Positions 13,111 to 23,471 of a stretch of 40,702 bases of DNA are shown here, in pieces. The notes under the pieces were generated by a model. That model did no database searches and was not told the DNA's origin. It saw only the letters and a program-made list of their open reading frames with translations. The DNA comes from Selaginella moellendorffii (Eukaryota; Plantae; Lycopodiophyta). The stretch lies in contig NW_003314277.1 in assembly GCF_000143415.4 (NCBI RefSeq), positions 2,429,955-2,470,656 of the forward strand. The letters are read 5' to 3'. Every line of letters starts with the position of its first letter. Positions within the stretch are counted from its first letter, which is position 1. The position numbers and the translations under genes are program-made.

Positions 13111-13649
13111 CTCGGATCCTGCCTCTGTTGAGACCTGTGGCACTCAGGAGGAACCTGGCAACCTCTTCAGGAATTTTCTCCACTTCTTGGCTTTTACAAG
13201 GAAATCAATACTCATGCAAGGCTTCTGGTTGAATAGTATGATTCCTTTCTGTATAGTGTAAAAAGCTTGGAATGCCCAGTTCTTCATGCATCCCTGGTGT
13301 ATAGGGTGGAAAAGTTACAGAAGAAATTCTCAGCACTGGCGCTCTCTTACAATGAAGCAGGGATAGAGGTTACCTGAAGCTCAAGGTTGTGAACACGTCT
13401 TTGACTGCATTTAAGTTGATGCTTGATCTGTTTCTGATTCTAATGGTTCAGTGGTCTCATCCCCGACTTCTGTAGCAATAGCTCCTCCCGTGGATATGCT
13501 TAGAGTGTCCGAATGTCTACTTCAATGCCATAATTTCTCGCAAAGACAATGAAACTATGAAACTATAGCAATGAAACTATAACTCTGATATCATGTCCTG
13601 CAGAAATAAGTTTCTTGCCAATAAGGTCCTGTCCGCAGAAAAATCCAGA

Positions 13650-14330
13650 TTGTTTAAAAAAGAAAACCGATGAATGACATGATCACCTGTGTCGCATTGA
13701 AGGCACGTTTTAAATATTTCAACGTCCAGGCAAGTATCACTAATCCGCATAGTGGAAGCTAGCAAGGAAAGAAAACCACAGTTTGTCTGACCTGATCAAA
13801 AGATTGGGCCAGTGCAAAACCTCCTAGACGACCTTTGCCAGTCCCAACAAAAGAACAACTTCCTCTCCAATCTGGAAGAAGCAAGTAATCAGATTTGAAT
13901 GAAAGGATATGAATTTCAGTACCTTCAAATCAGGGGTGACGATGAGTGTAATGTCTGGACAAGTCACATACGACTAATGACGAGATTCGCAAGTGCCTTG
14001 ACAGTTTCACCACCTGCTTGAACAGCCATTGACAAGCTGTCCTTTCCACCTTCTATTGCAACCTCAAGCTCGATCACAGTGTCACGAAGAGCAACAGCAG
14101 GATTGTACATATATTTCGGAATCAAGTTCAACCTGCAAAGTTAAACAGATCATAAGGTGTGTAAACACAATTAAGATGAGAGTACCTTAGCCCAAACAAG
14201 ATTCGTCAAAGCTTCTCCAAGCGCCAGCCTAGCCATAGCTGCAGGATTCAGCAGTCCCTGCAAATTGTCTTCAGAAAAAAGTAATGAATTTTAAATCTAC
14301 CTTGATCGGTTGTTCACCAATAGCGCATGC
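13650..14330 (-). pseudogene. PUR4: Phosphoribosylformylglycinamidine synthase (PurL/PFAS) internal fragment
   Basis: Exons read ACAIGEQPIK / GLLNPAAMARLALGEALTNLVWAK / IELEVAIEGGKDSLSMAV / YVTCPDITLIVTPDLK / RRLGGFALAQSFDQ, with frameshifts. Confidence 0.85.
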
Positions 14331-17300
14331 AGCATGTTGCACTTGGACACATCCTTGACATGTTCATGGAGTCACATGAAACCATGGAGTTTGTGGATGC
14401 GTCGCTTCTTCCACCTCACAGCCAGCTCCTGGAGAACGTTTGTGGCTTGCAGAGACTTTGGAATCTNNNNNNNNNNNNNNNNNNNNNNNNNNNNNNNNNN
14501 NNNNNNNNNNNNNNNNNNNNNNNNNNNNNNNNNNNNNNNNNNNNNNNNNNNNNNNNNNNNNNNNNNNNNNNNNNNNNNNNNNNNNNNNNNNNNNNNNNNN
14601 NNNNNNNNNNNNNNNNNNNNNNNNNNNNNNNNNNNNNNNNNNNNNNNNNNNNNNNNNNNNNNNNNNNNNNNNNNNNNNNNNNNNNNNNNNNNNNNNNNNN
14701 NNNNNNNNNNNNNNNNNNNNNNNNNNNNNNNNNNNNNNNNNNNNNNNNNNNNNNNNNNNNNNNNNNNNNNNNNNNNNNNNNNNNNNNNNNNNNNNNNNNN
14801 NNNNNNNNNNNNNNNNNNNNNNNNNNNNNNNNNNNNNNNNNNNNNNNNNNNNNNNNNNNNNNNNNNNNNNNNNNNNNNNNNNNNNNNNNNNNNNNNNNNN
14901 NNNNNNNNNNNNNNNNNNNNNNNNNNNNNNNNNNNNNNNNNNNNNNNNNNNNNNNNNNNNNNNNNNNNNNNNNNNNNNNNNNNNNNNNNNNNNNNNNNNN
15001 NNNNNNNNNNNNNNNNNNNNNNNNNNNNNNNNNNNNNNNNNNNNNNNNNNNNNNNNNNNNNNNTTTAAATAAGGGAGTACTAGCAAAAGTCCCAGCTATG
15101 CTGGGAGCATTGTGTTTATTCCTGATGTTTTAATAATTTCAAAGAGTTGTAATTGTAATTATAAATTTTAACATAATCTAATCTTTATATTAAAAATCAC
15201 TTCTACAATTGACTCTATCACCAACACACATCATAACATAATAAATATAACTCATAACATTATATCACATAAAAAACTCTAATTGTTGAGTGAAGTCTTG
15301 GATCTTTTATAAATGGACTTGCTCATTGTGGGAACCCATGGTCAGATAAGTCATTTAGAGATTAAGATTTGGTAACTAATTTTTTTTCTTTTATTTGAAA
15401 TTTCTATATAGTTGATAAAATTTATTATTAATTCATGATTCATTCAGCTTTACAATTTTTCTCTTAAATATACTAAAATATAATGATGTTAAATATATAC
15501 ATATATATTAAAAACTTACTTAAATATATATCTTGTAAATTTAAAAAATATAAACATTATTATGGAGTTTAATTTTTCATCTTTTCAGACTGAAAGTTTT
15601 GGAATTGCATAACACTAAATGAAAGGTGCTACCTTTATGTGTTAGATTTTATTCTAAGAACTTTAAATATTTAAATATTTATCTTTGATATTCCCTTTGT
15701 GACTAATATTTATATTCATGTATTTTGAGAGTAATATTTAAAATTAGAATTATTTTATTATACTTTTCTCTTAATGACACTAAAATATAATGATGTTAAA
15801 ATATATATTTAAAACTCACTTAAATATACATCTTGTAAATTTAGAAAATATAAACATTATTATGTAGTCAGTTTTATATTTTATTCTAAGAACTTTAAAT
15901 ATTTACATATTTATCTTTGATATTCCCTTTGTGCCTAATATTTATATTCATGTATTTTGAGAGTAATATTTAAAATTAGAAGTATTCTATTATATATCAT
16001 AAATATTATTTTTTATTTGTTCTATTTAGAGAGAATTCTAATCTGAAATAACATTATTATTTTCTATATTCATGTATTTATATTTAAAATTAACACTTTA
16101 TAACAATGTTATGAATGCTGAAATTTTATAATGATAAATGAATTGTTAAGTTTTACTATATACTGGGGTAGAGTAAGGTTTAATGATATATAATCTTTTT
16201 CTTTATGCTAGAACTATATTATCATTTGGGATATTAGATTGTTCTCATTAAGAGGTTTGCTTGGTTGTTGTTAATAGTGAATGATTTGTTATTCTTTGGG
16301 ATGGTGGGTTATTTCTTCAACAATGATAAGAACTCTTAATATTTTACATATTTATCTTTGATATTCCTTTTTGCCTAATATTTATATTCATATTTTTGAA
16401 AGCTTGCAATTACATATAATTCTTTAAATGTTAAAAATTCTAAAATCTTTCATCCTTTCTATAGGATGGAACCAAAGAAAATTCACGAAATATATACAAT
16501 TAAATTTCAGTTGATCATATTTATATCTTATTATGTTTTTCATGTATAAATGCATTATAATATAAAGTGTTAGAAAATTAATGATATTATATAAATCTTA
16601 GACTATATCTTATCCAATTGACAACTCAATGTGTTTAATTTCATATATGTTAGTATTAAAAAGTACCATATGATTTTTGATAAAAACATATTTTACACAA
16701 CAGCTAGACATATTAACTCCTCTATTTTAAGTTAGAACATATCATATTTTAATAGACACTATTTTCTTTATATTCTACTTTAACATTTTTTATGTGTTTT
16801 TGCATTATATTAACATCATGTACAATCACATCACCTAATGACATCCACATTTTTTTATTTTCTCTTGCTACCCATTCCCAGGATTCCAAATTTATATTTC
16901 CATTGTTCATAAGCTAGTGCAAGTTCTCTAGATTTCAGTAGCATAGATAGGTGATAGATCTGCTGTAGATCATTATGGCAAGAAAATGTTTCTTATTGGT
17001 AAGAGGTTGTTTCTTTGTATTCAAGAAAACATAGCAATAACACGATAGAATATAGAGATTCCTTGTTTTTGCAGGTCACTCTTCTGGATTGTTTCTTCTT
17101 GCACATTTGTTGATGTAAAATCCACAATGAATGTTCTAGTTTTCTTAGGTTTGTGAATTAGAATGACGTACAGACAATTTTTTTCGTATAACCGTACAGT
17201 TTAACATAAACTCTTTACGAGAATAAAAAAAACTAAACCGTACATATCTGTTCCTTTTAAAATAGACATGATGGGTTTAAGGAGTGACGGCCACCAGGAT

Positions 17301-18608
17301 TACACATTTTCTAATTGCACCATAACCACAGCCCAGACATTGTACGTGATGTTACCCATACTGGACATAAGCCGAAAATGCGCATGTCCCAGTCGAGCAT
17401 CATCNNNNNNNNNNNNNNNNNNNNNNNNNNNNNNNNNNNNNNNNNNNNNNNNNNNNNNNNNNNNNNNNNNNNNNNNNNNNNNNNNNNNNNNNNNNNNNNN
17501 NNNNGTACAAGGAACTCTCAGCTTGTCTGAATTTGATACTTATGTTAGCACTTAGGCTCTTAATGTTCCTATAGGATTCTCATGCAACTAAATTCAACAG
17601 GTGGTAAAGATCATTTGGAGAAATGGCTGTATACCTTTAAGTCAATGATAGACCTTGCTATGATAATAATCCATGTCATCATTGAAGTGTTTGGTCTTAA
17701 GTCCTAGCTATGAACCATACTCTTGGTTGGAATCTAGTGCCACAGTCAGTGCTCTAATCCCTTACACAGCATTCCTTACATGGCCTTGATTGTGTCTGTA
17801 GAAAAATCTGGGATTCAAGATCAATTTGTCTCTAGAGAAAAAAAACCTTGCTGCTAAAAAAAAATAAAACCAACCAGCAGCTGGTGCTTCAATTTGGTCC
17901 TTCCAGGCCTTTTTGAGGGAAATAATAGTTCTTAGCTTCATTAATGCATTGTGTAGAGAAAATTGATGTTTTTATTTGTTTGTTTTGTAATATAAACACC
18001 AGAAAAATGACTATCAGACTTGAGTGTAAGAAACTTGCCTGGTTGGCTCTTTTGTGCTCATTTGTGTGAGTCTCAAATGCAATTCCCCTTTATAAATTGC
18101 AATTATTACATTTTCCCCTCTAAAATTTTAGATTGCAGATATTGGGAATTTAAATGCAATTATTCTGGGAGATATTACAGTAATCTGGTGTGAGGATTTA
18201 TGTGCCAAATATTTTCCAGCTCTTTGATTTAGAAATTAAAAATTATAAAATTAGTTCTAACATACTACTATATACATGAATAATTAAAATATATTTTATA
18301 TTGCAAGAACCACTGCTTCCTTCTAACTCTACGAAATTTTTGGCTTTATTAAATAATATAGAATACCATTATCTACATAAAGTATAAAATATAAAATCTA
18401 TTTTTAAAGAAATTTATTAAAAAAGAAACATATTTTCAGCTTATATCAGTTGTAAGATGGATGTTTTAGAAAATGCTAATCTTGAGGACTAAAATTGATT
18501 TAGCAAACTATTCTTAGTTATAAAGATACTAAAAATTAATGTTATTTTATTATATCTTCCTTCAGATGGAGCTTCGCTTTCTTCAACTTCTTTGATTCCT
18601 CTTACAGG

Positions 18609-19267
18609 TGGTTATGGAGCTGGGAGGCAATGCTCCATGCATAGTGGAAGATCTCATTCCAGACTTGGAAGGTACAATCGCTAGGTTGGTCCACGGGGGA
18701 TTCTATCAAAGTGGCCAGTCGTGCATTCACATGCAGCGTCTTTATGTGAGAGGTGGCCTTTACAAGGAGGTATCTGACAGTCATTTCTAAATTCTATCGT
18801 ATTCTTTGCTCTCAAATCGAGCTTTGATCTAATGTATCTGGTGCTGGTTGTGTAGGTGAAGGACGCATTGATCGCTGCCGTTAAGAAACTCAAAGGTGGA
18901 GATCCTCGCCAAGACAACACGTCCATTGGGCCCATGATATCCGAGTCGTTGGCAGCTACAGTGGAGAAGAGCGTGAACGAGGCAGTGAAGGCACTTCTAG
19001 TTGGTGGTAAGTGAAGAGGAGCTTTCATGGAGCCAACGATCCTGGAAGACGCTCCCTTTGACACAGACACAAGGAAGGAAGAGATTTTCGGTCCCGTGAT
19101 CCTTCTCTACTCATACAAGAAAGCTCTCAAAGTTTCTAGCTCATGAAGTTCTTATTTACTTCCTTTTTTTTTCTCTAAACTAAAACGGTGGTGACGCAGT
19201 GATTTCAAGGAAGCTGTGAAGGAAGCTAACAACACGCATTATGGTCTCCAGGCCGGTGTCTTTACGC
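18609..19267 (+). pseudogene. ALDH21: ALDH21-type aldehyde dehydrogenase (NADP-dependent SSADH-like) central exons
   Basis: Reads [13 protein letters not shown]...GGFYQSGQSCIHMQRLYV / ...LVGGK*RGAFMEPTILED...EEIFGPV / DFKEAVKEANNTHYGLQAGVFT, with an in-frame TGA. FYQSGQSCI is the ALDH21-like catalytic Cys context. Confidence 0.75.
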
Positions 19268-19387
19268 AGACGAGGACAACTCAGCAATGATTTGTGGATA
19301 GACTGTATTTACTCTTCTCAAAAGCTCGAGCTTGAGCTTGATCAAAAGTAAGACGTGTTGCTTTTGATCCTCGTCTGCGTAAAGACA
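19257..19387. repeat. Perfect 20-bp inverted repeat with a 91-nt spacer
   Basis: tgtctttacgcagacgagga (19257-19276) and tcctcgtctgcgtaaagaca (19368-19387). Confidence 0.9.
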
Positions 19388-19399
19388 GGGACGGTCCCT

Positions 19400-19530
19400 C
19401 AGCCACAATATGGCTGGCTATCAATGCGCATGCTTGGCAAATCGTTGAGGCAAACTCCTCCAGCCTGTGAGGATCAAATAATGAAACGCAAAGCTACCTC
19501 GATGTGCTCAAACGCATAGAAGGCCTTGTT
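19400..19530 (-). pseudogene. ALDH21: Continuation of the same ALDH21 gene, inverted
   Basis: The minus strand reads NKAFYAFEHIE|intron|AGGVCLNDLPSMRIDSQPYCG, the segment that follows GVFT in ALDH proteins. Confidence 0.7.
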
Positions 19531-19539
19531 GCTCACTCG

Positions 19540-20255
19540 GTCTCTAGCACCATCAACCTTTTACCTTTAGGAAGGAGAATGCTTGTCTATAAGCTCCTGG
19601 GAGAAGGTCCATAGCTTGTGAGTGAGCTCGGGATCTCTGCCATAAGCGCTACAGTTGGATTTGTTGGAATCCATGAAGTATTGCCTGGTGACGTCCTTGA
19701 GGCTTGGATGTAAAGCCGCGTAGCACGTCGTAGCAGCACCCTGAGAGATCGATCACGTATTAGTCACGAAAAACTTCCAGATAATTGGGAGAATTCTTCT
19801 TACCTGTGCCACATTTTTAGCACCCTGAGAGATAGATCATGTATTAGTCACGAAATTTCCAGATAATTGGGAGAATTCTTCTTCCCTGTGGCACATTTTT
19901 CCAAAGGAAGCTGGAGAAGAACTTGATAATCCCTGCATGAAGATCAAAGTTCCATAAGAAACCGAAAGCTTGCTCGGTCTCTAGCACCTGATGATCAACC
20001 TTTTACCTTTAGGACGGAGAATGCTTGTTTATAAGCTCCTGGGAGAAGGTCCATAGCTTGTGAGCGAGCTCAGGATCTCTGCCATAAGCGCTACAGTTGG
20101 ATTTGTTGGAATCTACGAAGTATTGCCCGGTGACGTCCTTGAGGCTTGGATGTAAAGCTGTGTAGCACATCGTAGCAGCGCCCTGAGAGATCGATCACGT
20201 GCTAGTCACGAAAAACTTCCAGATAATTGGGAGAATTCTTCTTACCTGTGCCACA
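19540..20255 (-). pseudogene. Short-chain dehydrogenase (TIC32/retinol-dehydrogenase-like) last exons, tandemly duplicated
   Basis: GAATMCYTALHPSLKDVTGQYFVDSNKSNCSAYGRDPELAHKLWTFSQEL occurs in two near-identical copies (about 19540-19810 and 19975-20255). An exon reading IIKFFSSFLWKNVPQ lies between them. Confidence 0.75.
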
Positions 20256-20446
20256 CGAACACACTGTGGATTGGACACATTACTCACATTACTCATTACA
20301 CATTACCTCCAGAGTGATGGAACTTTACAAGGTATGAGGAAAAATTCCAACTTGATCAAAAGAATTCCATGATTTTCCGTGTATACATAGGTATCTTTTC
20401 TATCTTGTTGTGATGTCCACAGCCTCGAGCACCTGGAACAAACAGG

Positions 20447-20630
20447 AACTTTAAGCCTCGAAAGAGAATAGCGAAGAGCAAGAGAGTGAAAAACCTTGAT
20501 TCTAGTCGTGGTTCCAGCCTCATTAAAAGTTAAAGATTTCACTCGAGATCTTGGGAGAAATAACGATAACTTTAAGCCTCGAAAGAGAATAGTGACGAGC
20601 AAGAGAGTGAAGAACCTTGATTCTAGTCGT
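20447..20630 (+). repeat. ~63-bp direct repeat, two copies
   Basis: aactttaagcctcgaaagagaatag...gagcaagagagtga..accttgattctagtcgt at about 20447-20509 and 20567-20630. Confidence 0.85.
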
Positions 20631-21466
20631 CAATGACAACGTGAATCCCCTCGTTGTCCGAGACGTCGTCCCTGTCGTGAGCTCCGTCCACCATAGCCTC
20701 TTCACCTTTCACTCCCAATCCTCATCGCATTTCCGAGCAGAGCACATCGATCTGCCGAATGCACCTGCACAGGCGGATACTGGCGGATTTGTTCCCCGCA
20801 TAAGTCTGGAAGGCGTCGAGCCTGTTCTCGCTGATCATCAAGCACAACTATGGCAACACAGAGAAAGCCATGAGCCTCTCAAACCTTTGCAAACGGAGAA
20901 ACACAGCCTCGTTGTAATAGGCTGGGACTTTCAGCCGCTTAGGATCATTATCCAGTGCCGTTCCCAGGACTTCTTCCGGAGCTGTCCAAAAACGAACGCG
21001 TTAGTTTTTTCTAGTGTCTAAATCGAAGGAACTCACTCAAAGGTGTTGGATAAGGAACAAATGTAGGTTGCGGCTTTTGGTAGGAGGTTTTTGGTCCCTC
21101 GCCAGGCTCCAACGCCGCCGTTGCTGCGATTGGCCAGAATATCTTGGTCATCCTGGAACATCTCAAGTTAGAATCGCAGGGACGAAGATAGGGGGGTCAA
21201 GGCTCTTTTACCAGATGATATTCTGCATTGAGTACTTTTTCCATAAGTGAGACTTGTTTCTTCACTCGATAATTCTCCTGTTGAAGAATGCTTTGGCGTC
21301 GGTTAAATGATTGTCATTTTCCAGCGCGTGGCCATTATCCTGAGCTTTTGAACTCAAGAATGAACCAACCAGTGGCAGCTTCAGTTCTTCACGTACAGCT
21401 GACTGTAGCTTTGAGGTGCTCTGCAATGAAGACCTCATTGAATGAATGAAGACAATGAAGACAGAG

Positions 21467-21470
<4 letters not shown>

Positions 21471-21518
<48 letters not shown>
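21471..21518. repeat. (AG)24 microsatellite
   Basis: Read directly from the sequence; on the minus strand it follows an apparent splice donor (gaag|gtac). Confidence 0.95.
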
Positions 21519-21521
<3 letters not shown>

Positions 21522-21712
21522 CTTCCTGCTAGCGATGATCGACGCTCTCTCCTTGTCACGCGCCCTAAAAGACATTTGAAATTTTTTATGATCCCAAAAG
21601 TCACGACTCTCCATTGTTTAATCTCAGCCGTTAGATTTTGGCATATGCCCAGAATAAGTGTCCCCAGCATATGCTATTATTATACCGGCTCTTTCGTTTA
21701 AATATATGAGTA

Positions 21713-21730
21713 TGATGATGATGATGATGA
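21713..21730 (-). repeat. (TCA)6 run abutting the 5' terminus of Helitron unit A
   Basis: Plus strand reads ...atatgagta tga tga tga tga tga tga ttg. Confidence 0.9.
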
Positions 21731-21976
21731 TTGTTTTATTTTGAATCTTAAAAAATCTAAATGTTTTTTATGAAATAATTTTTTATTTATTATTTGAAAC
21801 ATTAAAGAAAGTTAAAGTTAAATTTAGTGAATGTGTTCATTTTAGTTAGTAGTTTTCTATCTTATTTTTTGGATAAGGTTTAAATGAAAAAAATTTGATT
21901 AAATCAACTCTATTTGATTTGAAAACATTTTGAATTTTTTTTACTTTATAAGTATGGATTTAAGTGAAATATATTT

Positions 21977-21979
<3 letters not shown>

Positions 21980-22038
<59 letters not shown>
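21980..22038. repeat. (TA)n microsatellite
   Basis: Read directly from the sequence. Confidence 0.95.
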
Positions 22039-22041
<3 letters not shown>

Positions 22042-22267
22042 GATTATTGATAATTATTTACGAGCCATCAAATTGGAAAAAACCATATTATCCATTGATT
22101 AAATCATTAATTCTAGAAAGTAATTAATAAGAATATACTTAAAGAATCAGTCATATGTTCGTAAATTTAAATAAAGGTCTTTAAATATGAAGAGAGATTT
22201 TTTTGTTTTGTTTTGTTACTATTATGAAGTTGACGAATATCTCAGACAAAAAAAACATGCATTCAAA

Positions 22268-23121
22268 TCAACTCTGAAGTCTTTCTAGGCCTCTCAAGAC
22301 ATCCAATATGCAAACTCCTCCCTCTATTGTTGCAAATGTTGATGAGCAGCTGGATGTTGGGCTTGTAGCTTTAAACCTCTTCCGTGCTTTACATGCCAAG
22401 CACCACACAATTGTTTTTAAAAATATTCTTTGTCCTTGAAAGAAAAAGACCATACCTTTTGCAGTAGGCACATATTCGTCAAATTTAAGACCTTCAATGA
22501 AGAGCTGATAATCGCGGGCGTCGAGACGACCTTTCACCTGGTATCGTATTGAAAGCGATCAAACCAACAATCTTAAAATCTTCGGTTAACAGAGCTAGAT
22601 CACCTCTTGAATGAAATCTGTGGCAGCTTTCAACTTATCATGGCTCTCCTGGATATCACCTGTAAATCGTTTGCTTCACACAAAAACCTCGACAAACACC
22701 AGTACCAGAATCCGCGCTGCTAATGGTAGCCAAATCGTAGTCATCAAACTTCCGCTTTGGTAGCAAGCCACGAAAGCTGAAGTGTTCCGGTAAGAGAACG
22801 ATACGATGTGCTGAAAGATCCGCAGCAAACCTTTCGAGGAGATCATGGCGCTCGGGAGCTGCAAACAAGCCGGACGCGACAATGTCGTCTAGATTCGTTG
22901 CGCCGCGTTCATAGCCATCGATCCAAGCGACGAGGCGCTTACACTCGGGAGAAGCTGAAAAACAAAGCATTCCTCTTTAGCATTGGAGGAATTTCCAACA
23001 ATCCATTTACGTACTTGAGGATCGAGCTTCCACTAAAGTAGAACCTTTAGACCGGAAAAGGATCAGTGAATTGGGAAAAAACAAAAACTGGACTTGCACC
23101 AATTGATCCGCCCAATTCCAT
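22268..23121 (-). CDS. Small 7-exon gene (~167 aa) composed of RTEL1-like harmonin-homology (HHD) segments, with no helicase domain
   Basis: GT-AG splicing gives one open frame: MELGGSIG|STLVEARSST|SPECKRLVAW...SGLFAAPERHDLLES|FRGLLPKRKFDD...ADSG|DIQESHDKLKAATDFIQE|VKGRLDARDYQLFIEGLKFDEYVPTAKA|RKRFK...LQS*. It aligns by eye to the RTEL1 C-terminus at 26160-26600. Confidence 0.65.
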
Positions 23122-23176
23122 GTCAAGAGCTCCGTCCTATTCCAAAGCAGCAGCAGCAGCTATGTCATCGGCTTAT

Positions 23177-23184
23177 AAACCCTA
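23177..23184. promoter_or_regulatory. Telo-box (AAACCCTA) upstream of the HHD-only gene
   Basis: Exact AAACCCTA about 55 bp upstream of the ATG at 23121. Confidence 0.4.
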
Positions 23185-23471
23185 CACCCCTTTTCAAGAA
23201 TATCCTTAGAATAATCATTACTTTCAAAAGTGAAATCACCCGGCAAGAATAAACATGGACCCAAGAGAATGAGAAATTTAGCGCAAATCCTCCCGGCATG
23301 TAAAGGATCTTGCTCTGTAAACAAGCAGCAAAATCCTTGAATAAAAGGATAAAAAATAAAAATTTACATAACAAACACCATTAGAAATAGGAAAGAACAA
23401 CAGGAAAAAACAATTGTTCAAGTAGTTTCTTTTCTTGGCAATCATATATAACAATAAGAATTTAAAAGCAA

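Larger units (their letters stand above)
7184..15079 (-). mobile_element. Non-autonomous Helitron, unit B
   Basis: 3' terminus: hairpin tcccagc-tcc-gctagga (7194-7210) followed by CTAG (7184-7187). The 5' end starts TACTCCCTTATTTAAA at 15079 and the rest lies in the gap. Segment 10845-10950 is homologous to 18455-18560 of unit A. Confidence 0.75.
15080..21715 (-). mobile_element. Non-autonomous Helitron, unit A (complete termini)
   Basis: 5' end TCATACTCATATATTTAAACG begins at 21715. 3' end has a perfect 7-bp hairpin tcccagc-tat-gctggga (15090-15106) followed by CTAG (15080-15083) and then T. Confidence 0.8.

Noticed and set aside
379-19015. In-frame TGA codons read as recoding or RNA-editing sites
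   Set aside because: They sit in frameshifted fragments and are consistent with C-to-T decay of methylated DNA (CGA to TGA).
19740-20630. CRISPR-like repeat-spacer array
   Set aside because: The repeats are irregular duplications of eukaryotic exon and intron sequence, with no constant spacer length and no cas genes.
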